Source: Thermoanaerobaculia bacterium (GTDB taxonomy: Bacteria; Acidobacteriota; Thermoanaerobaculia; UBA5066). Taken from it: a stretch of DNA of 11,378 nucleotides. A program made the translations under genes and the position numbers. The notes below the pieces were generated by a model. It searched no databases. It was not told the DNA's origin and saw nothing but the letters and a program-made list of their open reading frames with translations. Positions 1-7,614 of the stretch are shown here, in pieces (position 1 is the first letter of the stretch; the number at the start of each line of letters is the position of its first letter). The DNA lies in the NCBI GenBank assembly GCA_963816185.1, contig CAWFJJ010000022.1, positions 1-11,378 of the forward strand. The letters are read 5' to 3'.

Positions 1-84
1 TCCGCCAATCACCATGCATCGCGCGGGCCAGGCCGTTTCACCCCGGTTTCTCCGAAATTGTGTCGACGCGGGGGCGGCGCCACG

Positions 85-104
85 GGTTTGTGAGACCTTT
101 TTTT
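85..104 (+). terminator. Weak intrinsic-terminator-like hairpin with T7 tract
   Basis: GGTTT-gtg-AGACC (one G-U pair) followed by TTTTTTT at 98-104. It would end a + strand transcript entering from the left. The stem is short. Confidence 0.3.
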
Positions 105-124
105 GTCCCCGCGCCGTCGCGGCC

Positions 125-976
125 CTAGCGGCCGAGATGTTCTCTGAAGAACTTCTCCGCCCGGCGCTTCGCATCCTCGGTGGCACGTGCGTTGGCCGGA
201 ACCGATTGCTTCTTCCGGCCCGGGTCGTCGAAGTTGTGCTCGGCGCCGGGATAGACGTGGTCGTGCAGGTCTGCGCCGTTCGTCCGGGCTTTCTTCGAGA
301 ACGCCTCGCAGGCCTCCGCGTTCACCTCCTCGTCCGCGCCCGCGATCAGGATCGTCAGCGGCGCGTACGGGCGATAGACGCCCTGGACGGCCTCCATCCG
401 GCATCCCGGGTAGAGCGCGAGCGCGGCGCGAAATCCCGTCTCCGGCGAGGGGTTCCGGATGCCGGGCGCCTTCTCGCTCATCGTGACGAGGACGGTCATG
501 CCGCCGTTCGACCAGCCCTGCACGCCGATGCGTGTCGGATCGACGTCGGGAAGAGTGCGCAGATATCGAAGGCCGCCGTACGCGTCCAACGGCCGCACCG
601 TCTGTTCGCTGACCTCCGGAGGGCGCTCCTCATAGCTGCCGCGGGCGAATCCTTTCGGATAGCCGCGCGGCCCGAAGCTGTCGACGAGCAGGGCGACGTA
701 GCCCTGCTCCGCCCAGAGCGTTCCCCATTCCTTGTGTCTCTTCGAGAGCGTCGAGGCGTTGTACCGGCCCTTGGCGAGCGACGAGTAGGGACCCGCGCGC
801 CCGTGCAGCAAAACGATGGCCGCGTGAGGACCGCCGCCCGACGGGCGGAACAGATAACCGACGAGCCGCGTCCTGCCATCCTCGCTTGCGAAGTGGACGG
901 TTTGAGGCTCCGCCCGGACGCGGGCGGAGCCCGCTGTGATCAAAAGGAGCATGGCGCAAGTCCGAACGGTGAACAC
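125..976 (-). CDS. Exported dienelactone hydrolase-family alpha/beta hydrolase (Ser nucleophile), ~283 aa
   Basis: Motifs AAIVLLHGRAG, GYVALLVDSFGPRG, VDPTRIGVQGWSNGG (nucleophile elbow), ILIAGADE (acid) and VYPGAEHNFD (His). Start moved from 1162 to the GTG at 976, which has GAGGA 5 nt upstream and gives a signal-peptide-like MFTVRTCAMLLLITAGSARVRA-EPQ. ATG at 952 is an alternative start. Confidence 0.88.
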   Translation of the reverse strand: MFTVRTCAMLLLITAGSARVRAEPQTVHFASEDGRTRLVGYLFRPSGGGPHAAIVLLHGRAGPYSSLAKGRYNASTLSKRHKEWGTLWAEQGYVALLVDSFGPRGYPKGFARGSYEERPPEVSEQTVRPLDAYGGLRYLRTLPDVDPTRIGVQGWSNGGMTVLVTMSEKAPGIRNPSPETGFRAALALYPGCRMEAVQGVYRPYAPLTILIAGADEEVNAEACEAFSKKARTNGADLHDHVYPGAEHNFDDPGRKKQSVPANARATEDAKRRAEKFFREHLGR

Positions 977-1012
977 GCGTTTCCTCGGGCAAGGGTACCT
1001 CACGAGGACACG

Positions 1013-1021
1013 TGCAAGAAT
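1013..1021 (+). promoter_or_regulatory. Extended -10-like element (TGcAAGAAT) for a probably leaderless tricorn gene
   Basis: Followed by 7 nt (ccatccc) and then the ATG at 1029; no SD at normal spacing. The first hexamer base is non-consensus. Confidence 0.4.
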
Positions 1022-1028
1022 CCATCCC

Positions 1029-4000
1029 ATGCGCGCACGTCTCGCCGTCATCGCCCTGTCTCTCACGCTCTCTCTCGCCGTCTCGTCCGCCGCGCTTGCC
1101 GCGGCCGCCCCGGTTGGGCCGTCGAAGATGCTCACGGACCCGGCGCTCTCGAAAGACCGCATCGCCTTCGTCTACGGGAACGACATCTGGACGTGCCGCC
1201 TCGACGGCGGCGGCGTCGAACGCATCACCTCCGGTCCGGGCGTGAAGATGCGGCCGGCCTTCAGCCCCGACGGCTCGCTCCTCGCGTTCAGCGCCGAGCT
1301 CGACGGCAACCTCGACGTCTACGTCGTGCCCGCCGCGGGCGGCGTGCCGAAGAGGCTTACGTGGCATCCCGGACGCGACGTCGTGCAGGGCTTCGGGCCC
1401 GACGGCAAATCCGTCCTCTTCACGTCGCCGCGCGCCGCCGTCAACAACCGGCACACGCAGCTCTACACGGTGCCCGTGGAGGGCGGGCTCGAAACCGCCC
1501 TCCCGATCCCGTACGCCAGCCGCGCCGCCTACTCGCCCGACGGAAAGACGATCGCCTACAACCCGAACAACCCGGCGCACCTGCAGTGGAAGCGCTACCG
1601 CGGCGGGCTCGTCTCGAAGGTGTGGCTCTTCGACGTCGCGACGCACGCGATCGACCGCATTCCCCAGCCCGCGACGCGTTGCAACGACGTGGACCCGATG
1701 TGGATCGGCGGGGCTCTCTATCTGCGCTCCGACCGCGACGGCGAGTTCAACGTCTATGCCTACGACGCAAAGTCGAAGTCGCTCGAGCGCCTGACCGACC
1801 TCAAGGACTTCCCCGTCCTCAACGCGGCGGCGGCGGCGGGACGCATCGTCTACGAGCAGGCGGGCACGCTCCACCTTCTCGACCTCGCCTCGAAGAAGAC
1901 GACCGACCTTGCCATCACGGTCGCGGGCGACCTTCTCGAGACGCGCCCGCGCTGGGCGAAAGGCGCGAAGTGGATCCGCGGCGCCGCCCTCTCCCCCTCC
2001 GGTGCGCGCGCCGCGTTCGAGTTCCGGGGCGAGATAGTGACCGTTCCGGCCGAAAAGGGCGATCCCCGCAACCTCACGGAGACGACCGCCGCGCACGAGC
2101 GCGCGCCCGCCTGGTCGCCGGACGGCAAGGAGATCGCCTACGTGTCCGACGAGAGCGGCGAGAACGAGCTCGTCGTGCGCACGCAGGACGGCGGGGGCGC
2201 GCCGAGGAGGATCAAGGTCCCGGGCTCGGGTTTCTACGACGACCTCGTCTTCTCGCCCGACGGAAAGAAGATCGTCCTCACCGACAACTCCCTGACACTG
2301 TGGATCGTGGACCTTGCGAGCGGCGCCTCGAAGAAGATCGCGGCTGAGAGCCGCTACGGACCGGAAGAGACGCGGCGGCTCCGCGGCACGTGGTCGCCCG
2401 ACTCGCGCTGGGTGGCTTACACGCTCTCGGGCCCCACGTACATCCGCACCGCGTTCGTCTACTCCGTGGGCGAGGACAAGTCGTACGCGCTCACGGACGG
2501 CCTTTCGGACGTCTCGGACCCCGCCTTCGACCGGGACGGCAAATTCCTCTACTTCCTCGCCTCGACCGATGCCGGACCGCAGCGCACGTGGTTCTCCCTG
2601 CAGAGCACCGACTCCCGCATCACGAATGCGATCTACGTCGCCACGCTGAAGAAGGGCACGCCTTCGCCCCTCGCGAAAGAGAGCGACGAGGAGAAGGGCG
2701 AGACGAAGGACGCGAAGACGGAAGAGAAGAAGAAGAAAGAAGATTCTTCGAAAGGGGGCAAAGGCGACCGTCCCGCCGATTCCAAGGACGGCGACACGAA
2801 TGCCTCTTCTGGAGAGGCCAGGACCCCGAAGAAGTCCGAGCCCGTCGTGATCGACCGCGACGGTTTCAATCTCCGCATCGTGGACCTCCCGGTCCACCCC
2901 GCCGAGATCTCGAACCTCCAGGCCGGCAGCGCGGGCCAGGTCTTCTTCCAGCGCGCCGCCGACGGAAAGACGTCCGTCCAGCGCTTCGACTTCAAGGACC
3001 GCAAGACCGAGACGATCGTCCCCGAGGCCGACGACTACCTCGTCTCCTTCGACGGCAAGAAGATTCTCTTCAAGCAGAAGGAGAAGACTCAGAACGGGGC
3101 GCCGCGGAAGGACTCGTGGTTCATCGTCCCGTCGTCCCCGAAGAAGGCCGACCCGAAGGAGGGACCGGACGGCAAGCCGAAGGAAGGCGCGGGCGGCAAG
3201 CTCAACCTCGACGCGATCGCCGTGCACGTCGATCCCCGTGCCGAGTGGCCCGAGATCTTCGACGAGGCGTGGCGCGTCAACCGCGACTTCTTCTACGACC
3301 CGAAGATGCACGGCGTCGACTGGAAGGCCATGAAGGCGAAGTACGCCGCCTTCCTTCCGTACCTTTCGTCGCGCACCGACCTCAACCGCGTCATCCAGTG
3401 GATGTGCAGCGAGCTCTCCGTCGGCCACCACCGGATCACGCCGGGCGACTCGTTCAGCGAAGTCACGCCCGTCCCGGGCGGGCTCCTCGGCGCGGACTAC
3501 GAAGTCGCGAACGGCCGCTATCGCTTCAAGAAAGTCTTCGGCGGCCTGAACTGGAACCCCGAGCTGCGCGCGCCGCTCTCCGAGCCCGGCGTCGAGGTGA
3601 AGTCGGGCGAGTACCTCCTCGCGGTGAACGGCAAGGCCCTCGCGCCGCCCGAGAACCTCTACGAGCGTTTCGAGGCCACGGCGGGGAAGATCGTCGAGAT
3701 CACCGTCGGCCCGACCGCGGACGGCAAGGGCGCGCGCACGGTCAGCGTCGTCCCGGTGGCGAACGAGGCGCTGCTGCGCAACCGTGACTGGGTGGAAGGA
3801 AACCTCCGAAAGGTCGACGCCGCGACGGGCGGGCGCGTCGCGTACGTCTACGTCCCGAACACGGCGGACCTCGGCTTCACGTACTTCAAGCGGTACTTCT
3901 ACCCGCAGGCGGCGAAGGACGCGATCATCGTAGACGAGCGGTTCAACGGCGGCGGCAGCATCGCGGACTACTACATCGAGGCGCTCACCCGCCAGCCCAT

Positions 4001-4430
4001 CGCATGGTGGGCGATGCGCTACGGCGAGGACCTCAAGACGCCGACCGCGTCCATCCAGGGGCCGAAGGTCATGCTGATCGACGAGACGGCCGGCTCCGGT
4101 GGCGATCTCCTGCCGTGGATGTTCCGGCACTTCAAGGTCGGGACGATCGTCGGCGAGCGCACGTGGGGCGGCCTCGTCGGCATCCTCGGCTTCCCGACAC
4201 TCATGGACGGCGCCATCGTGACCGCGCCGAACATCGGGTTCTGGACGCCGGAAGAAGGCTTCGGCGTCGAGAACGTCGGCGTCCCGCCCGACGTCGAGGT
4301 CGAGCAGACCCCCGCCGACGTCATCTCCGGCCACGACCCCCAGCTCGAGAGGGCGATCTCGATCGTGATGGAGGACCTGAAGAAGAACCCGCCGGTCAAG
4401 CCGAAGCGGCCGCCGATGCCGGTGAGGTAG
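1029..4430 (+). CDS. Tricorn protease homolog (peptidase S41B), exported, ~1133 aa
   Basis: Signal peptide MRARLAVIALSLTLSLAVSSAALA; many PD40/TolB-like propeller repeats (PAFSPDG, AYSPDGK, PAWSPDGK, TWSPDSRW); EIFDEAWRVNRDFFYDPKMHGVDW; SELSVGHH (catalytic His region); PDZ-like segment (GLLGADY...GEYLLAVNG); IIVDERFNGGG; DETAGSGGD (Ser codon 4095-4097); GERTWGG; VENVGVPPDVEV; DPQLERAI. ATG at 1029 preferred over 936 because it avoids overlap with the divergent gene. Confidence 0.95.
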   Translation: MRARLAVIALSLTLSLAVSSAALAAAAPVGPSKMLTDPALSKDRIAFVYGNDIWTCRLDGGGVERITSGPGVKMRPAFSPDGSLLAFSAELDGNLDVYVVPAAGGVPKRLTWHPGRDVVQGFGPDGKSVLFTSPRAAVNNRHTQLYTVPVEGGLETALPIPYASRAAYSPDGKTIAYNPNNPAHLQWKRYRGGLVSKVWLFDVATHAIDRIPQPATRCNDVDPMWIGGALYLRSDRDGEFNVYAYDAKSKSLERLTDLKDFPVLNAAAAAGRIVYEQAGTLHLLDLASKKTTDLAITVAGDLLETRPRWAKGAKWIRGAALSPSGARAAFEFRGEIVTVPAEKGDPRNLTETTAAHERAPAWSPDGKEIAYVSDESGENELVVRTQDGGGAPRRIKVPGSGFYDDLVFSPDGKKIVLTDNSLTLWIVDLASGASKKIAAESRYGPEETRRLRGTWSPDSRWVAYTLSGPTYIRTAFVYSVGEDKSYALTDGLSDVSDPAFDRDGKFLYFLASTDAGPQRTWFSLQSTDSRITNAIYVATLKKGTPSPLAKESDEEKGETKDAKTEEKKKKEDSSKGGKGDRPADSKDGDTNASSGEARTPKKSEPVVIDRDGFNLRIVDLPVHPAEISNLQAGSAGQVFFQRAADGKTSVQRFDFKDRKTETIVPEADDYLVSFDGKKILFKQKEKTQNGAPRKDSWFIVPSSPKKADPKEGPDGKPKEGAGGKLNLDAIAVHVDPRAEWPEIFDEAWRVNRDFFYDPKMHGVDWKAMKAKYAAFLPYLSSRTDLNRVIQWMCSELSVGHHRITPGDSFSEVTPVPGGLLGADYEVANGRYRFKKVFGGLNWNPELRAPLSEPGVEVKSGEYLLAVNGKALAPPENLYERFEATAGKIVEITVGPTADGKGARTVSVVPVANEALLRNRDWVEGNLRKVDAATGGRVAYVYVPNTADLGFTYFKRYFYPQAAKDAIIVDERFNGGGSIADYYIEALTRQPIAWWAMRYGEDLKTPTASIQGPKVMLIDETAGSGGDLLPWMFRHFKVGTIVGERTWGGLVGILGFPTLMDGAIVTAPNIGFWTPEEGFGVENVGVPPDVEVEQTPADVISGHDPQLERAISIVMEDLKKNPPVKPKRPPMPVR

Positions 4431-4454
4431 GGTGACCCGGCCCGCTCCTTCTTT

Positions 4455-5288
4455 CTATCCGGGCGAACCTCCACAAGCTGGCGACTTCGGCGTCGGAAAC
4501 ACTGAGCCGGCCGTCTCCGCGGCACCAGCCGTGTCCGGGAAGAGCGAGCCGCGCCAGATTCCGTGTTTCTCGCGCAGAAAAGTCCTGAGATCTGGTTTGA
4601 CGGCAGCCTTTATTTTGTAGAGGTGATGCTCCGACGAATCCTTCAGTAGACCTTGAATCGCGTGAGCATGGTCAATGCCGAAGCGTGCGGTCATTGTGTA
4701 GGAACCTTGCTGGGCGGCTTGGCGCGGAAAACCAACAGGATAGAAAGCCGCGATGACCCAATCAGCCCGCGGTTCCGCGAGCATGAACGCCGTAAGCTTG
4801 GCGTCGAACTTGTTGTCGTCGCCTGAGCCATCAGTCGTCGTTTCGGACCATCGCTTCCACTGCTCCTTACCCTTCATCTCGTACCGACGCCTATCGAAGG
4901 CCCATATCTCGCAGCCCCTATCGTCCGGCTCCTGGGCTGCGAAATATGCCGCAATCCATGGCGACGCCGACCAATCGAGGAGGCGAGTCGGAACCCCGTA
5001 GTGACGAAGCACCATCAGCGCGACAACGTCATCATCCACGGCTTTCTGTTCACCCGGGGCAAGAGCCCGAGCCGAGGACCGAAAGAGATTGATGCTCTGC
5101 CGTTCGAGCTCGAGCTTCTCGGCTCGCCCTAAGGTCTTCAAGTTATCTCGATCGATTCGAGGAAGGAGGTTGAATTCAAAATGCTTGCTCTGGCCGCGAC
5201 AGAGCCATTGCTTGCCGGCTAACTCGAGGAGGATCCTCTGTACCGACTCAAAGGTCTGCAAGGTCTCGGATTCCCAGGATGCGGCCAT
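4455..5288 (-). CDS. FRG domain-containing protein, 277 aa
   Basis: WLCRGQS (FRG motif variant), LRHYGVPTRLLDWSASPWIAAYFA, PRQAAQQGSYT and C-terminal GIWRGSLFPD match FRG-family signatures. SD-like GAGGAG upstream of the ATG. Lower GC than neighbours. Confidence 0.9.
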   Translation of the reverse strand: MAASWESETLQTFESVQRILLELAGKQWLCRGQSKHFEFNLLPRIDRDNLKTLGRAEKLELERQSINLFRSSARALAPGEQKAVDDDVVALMVLRHYGVPTRLLDWSASPWIAAYFAAQEPDDRGCEIWAFDRRRYEMKGKEQWKRWSETTTDGSGDDNKFDAKLTAFMLAEPRADWVIAAFYPVGFPRQAAQQGSYTMTARFGIDHAHAIQGLLKDSSEHHLYKIKAAVKPDLRTFLREKHGIWRGSLFPDTAGAAETAGSVFPTPKSPACGGSPG

Positions 5289-5298
5289 CCCTCTCCTC

Positions 5299-5317
5299 GA
5301 GTGACGCGCTCACTCTA
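5299..5317 (-). promoter_or_regulatory. Palindromic putative operator overlapping a candidate -10 of the FRG gene
   Basis: GAGTGA-cgcgc-TCACTC at 5299-5315. The minus-strand TAGAGT (5317-5312) overlaps one arm and the other arm abuts the SD. Confidence 0.5.
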
Positions 5318-5395
5318 GCTCGGACTTCACTTCGTTGCTTCCCCCCGCCCCCGCCACCCGAAGGCGCTCTCGTCGCCGTGTAGCATTCTCGGACC

Positions 5396-6286
5396 GTGAA
5401 ACAAATCCGCTGCCTGGTCCTCGCCGTGACGCTCGCCGCGGGCGCGGCCGCCGCCCAGCCCCTGACCGAGCGGTACGCCGACATCGGCACGATGATCGTG
5501 ACGACGTCGGCCTACACGATGTTTCCGCACGAGAAGCGCGCACAGGGGCGCACGTACGAGGGGAAGACGTATCCCGCCGACGTCGCCTACAGCGACCGAA
5601 CCGTGGCGATCTTCGTCCCGAAGGGCTTCCGCGCCGGGCACGCCACGGACCTCGTCTTCTACTTCCACGGGTGGCGCAACAACGTCGACGACACGTTCGC
5701 GCAGTTCCGCGTCGCCGAGCAGCTCGCGGCGAGCGGCGTGAACGCGGTCCTCGTCCTCGCCGAGGGGCCGAAGAACGCGCCCGACTCCTTCGGCGGAAAG
5801 CTCGAGGAGACGGGCGTCTTCGCGAACCTCGTCGCCGACGTGCTCTCGACGCTGAAGGCGCGCGGCGTGATCGCAAACACGAAGCCTGGGTCGATCGTCC
5901 TGGCCGGTCACAGCGGGGCGTACCGGGTCATGGCGTTCATCCTGACGCGGGGCGGGCTGACCGCGAACATCCGCGAGGTCTATCTGTTCGACGCGCTTTA
6001 CGGCCAGTCGGAGAAGTTCGCGCACTGGATCGACCGTTTCCCCGGAAAGCTGATCGACATCTACACGGCGGAGGGGGGCACGCGGGACCAGTCGCTCGAC
6101 CTCATGGACGACCTCCGCGCGTGGGACATCCCGTTCGTCGCGGTTCCGGAGGCCGCCATCACGCAGGACCTCCTTCGGAAGAACCGGCTGGTCTTCATCG
6201 ACTCCGCGCTCGAGCACAACGACGTCGTCGCGAAGAACGAACAGTTCCGGGCCTTCCTGTCGGCCAGCACCCTCCCCCGCCGGTGA
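5396..6286 (+). CDS. Exported alpha/beta-hydrolase-fold hypothetical protein, 296 aa
   Basis: GTG start; signal peptide MKQIRCLVLAVTLAAGAAAA-QP; VFYFHGW (oxyanion strand), IVLAGHSGAY (nucleophile elbow), LFDALY and a C-terminal EHNDV; host-like codon usage. Substrate unknown. Confidence 0.8.
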   Translation: MKQIRCLVLAVTLAAGAAAAQPLTERYADIGTMIVTTSAYTMFPHEKRAQGRTYEGKTYPADVAYSDRTVAIFVPKGFRAGHATDLVFYFHGWRNNVDDTFAQFRVAEQLAASGVNAVLVLAEGPKNAPDSFGGKLEETGVFANLVADVLSTLKARGVIANTKPGSIVLAGHSGAYRVMAFILTRGGLTANIREVYLFDALYGQSEKFAHWIDRFPGKLIDIYTAEGGTRDQSLDLMDDLRAWDIPFVAVPEAAITQDLLRKNRLVFIDSALEHNDVVAKNEQFRAFLSASTLPRR

Positions 6287-6321
6287 AGCTCGCCTCCTTT
6301 CTCTGGCGCGGGTGCGCACCC

Positions 6322-6330
6322 TGACAGAAT
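6322..6330 (+). promoter_or_regulatory. Extended -10-like element (TGaCAGAAT) for a probably leaderless gene at 6337
   Basis: Followed by 6 nt (ccgcct) and then the GTG; no SD. Confidence 0.5.
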
Positions 6331-6336
6331 CCGCCT

Positions 6337-7218
6337 GTGGCGAAGGCCGGCATCGACATCGAAGCGGAGCTCGACACGCTCTACGCCTCTCCGCCCTCGG
6401 AGTTCGTCTCCGCGCGCAACGCGCTCGTGAAGACGCTCGAGGCCGCCGGCCGGAAGGACGACGCCGCACGGGTGAAAGCGCTGAAGAAGCCGAACGCCGC
6501 CGCGTGGGGCGTCAACCACCTGGCGCTGTCCGCGCCGCGCGTCCTCGCGGCGCTCGTCGCCTCCGGAGACCGGCTTCGTACGGGCGGCTCCGATCCGCGC
6601 GAGGCGATGCGGAAGAGGCGCGATGCCGTCCACGAGGCGCGTCGGGAAGTCGAGCGCGCGTTCCTCGGCGCGGACCTCGCCGCGAATCCCGACGTCCTGC
6701 GCCGCGTTTCGGCGACGCTCGAAGCGATCGCGACTTACGGCAGCGCCGCCGGCCGACCGGTCGCCGGACGCCTGAGCGAAGACGTGGAAGCGCCGGGATT
6801 CGACGAGGTCGCGTCGCTCGGCATTCTCGGGAGAGCCGCGGGGCCGCGCCGCCCCGGAGCAGCTCCGGAGGGCTCGCGTGAGCCGCACCCGCGCGCCGCG
6901 CCTCCCGAAAAGCCGTCGAAGCGCGACGCCGTACGCGAGCGGTCGCTGGAAGACAAGCGGCGCCGCGAGGCTCGGAAGGTGGCCGCGGCGCGGACGAAGG
7001 CAGCCCGGCGGGCGAGCGCGAGCCTCCGCGCCGCCGAGAAGGCGGTCGCGGCGATCCGAAGGAAGAAGGCCTCGCTCGAAGTCGCGCTCTCCGAAGCGGC
7101 GGCCGAAGAGAAGGCGCTCGAAGCCGAATGCGCCGAGGCACGAAAGGCCTCGGCAGCGGCCGAGGCGGCGGAGCGGGAGGCTCGCACATCGTCGAGCCGA
7201 CCCGGCTCCCTATGGTGA
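6337..7218 (+). CDS. Hypothetical helical protein with Ala/Lys/Arg/Glu-rich coiled-coil tail, 293 aa
   Basis: The N-terminus ELDTLYASPPSEFVSARNALVKTL...VKALKKPNAAAWGVN resembles an uncharacterised family I recall from high-GC bacteria. Pro-rich linker, then a helical charged tail. TGaCAGAAT lies 6 nt before the GTG. Confidence 0.75.
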   Translation: MAKAGIDIEAELDTLYASPPSEFVSARNALVKTLEAAGRKDDAARVKALKKPNAAAWGVNHLALSAPRVLAALVASGDRLRTGGSDPREAMRKRRDAVHEARREVERAFLGADLAANPDVLRRVSATLEAIATYGSAAGRPVAGRLSEDVEAPGFDEVASLGILGRAAGPRRPGAAPEGSREPHPRAAPPEKPSKRDAVRERSLEDKRRREARKVAAARTKAARRASASLRAAEKAVAAIRRKKASLEVALSEAAAEEKALEAECAEARKASAAAEAAEREARTSSSRPGSLW

Positions 7219-7614
7219 AACGACCTCGAGGCCCGGGAAGTACGTCCGATATCGCGCGGCGTCTCGCGTGAGGAGAGCGAGGCCCGAAACCGCGGCGTGC
7301 GCGCCGATGTAGAAGTCCGGAAGCGTGGACGTTCGGGCGCCGCCGCGCCGCCTGTAGCGCTGGAAGCACTTGCCGGCGAGGAACGCGGCTTCCCACGGCA
7401 GCGGCCGCCTCTCGAAACCGGCGGAGTTCAGCGTGTCGTCCAGGTCCTCGATCCGTGCGAAGCCGATCGACACCTCCGCGTAGACGATCGGATTGATGAC
7501 GAGCGCCGACTCCCCGGCTCGGCGCGCCAAGGCTTCGGATGACCACGCGAACCAGCGGGCATCCTCGGTCAGCACATCGAGGAGGACGTTGCTGTCGACG
7601 AGCGTGTCAACCAC
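7210..7614 (-). CDS. vapC: Type II toxin, VapC/PIN-domain ribonuclease, 134 aa
   Basis: TLVDSNVLLD, INPIVYAEVS, LPDFYIGAHA and LLTRD supply the PIN acidic residues. The start overlaps the antitoxin 3' end by 8 bp. Confidence 0.93.
   Translation of the reverse strand: MVDTLVDSNVLLDVLTEDARWFAWSSEALARRAGESALVINPIVYAEVSIGFARIEDLDDTLNSAGFERRPLPWEAAFLAGKCFQRYRRRGGARTSTLPDFYIGAHAAVSGLALLTRDAARYRTYFPGLEVVSP

Noticed and set aside
1255-2545. Recurrent tcgcc(c/g)gacgg-like repeats as a CRISPR or DNA repeat array
   Set aside because: They encode the SPDG motifs of propeller blades and are irregularly spaced within a CDS.
14-3787. Long + strand ORFs 14..2347 and 2390..3787
   Set aside because: Arg-rich alternative frames overlapping well-supported genes.
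630-4334. 1234-aa minus-strand ORF
   Set aside because: Antisense shadow of the tricorn gene caused by high-GC codon bias; no recognisable motifs.
4431-4454. FRG gene as an integron cassette or IS passenger
   Set aside because: No RYYYAAC...GTTRRRY attC structure downstream of the stop; no terminal inverted repeats or target-site duplication found by eye.
5362-5377. GG-N10-GC upstream of the 5396 gene
   Set aside because: Poor flanks (TCGCC instead of TTGCW); expected by chance in GC-rich DNA.
6304-6318. sigma54-like TGGCGCG...GC upstream of 6337
   Set aside because: GG-to-GC spacing is 9 nt, not the required 10.
5310-7546. Overlapping ORFs 5310..5876, 5327..6469, 5335..6324, 6061..6888 and 6512..7546
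   Set aside because: Off-frame or antisense shadows with Arg/Pro-rich, motif-free translations.
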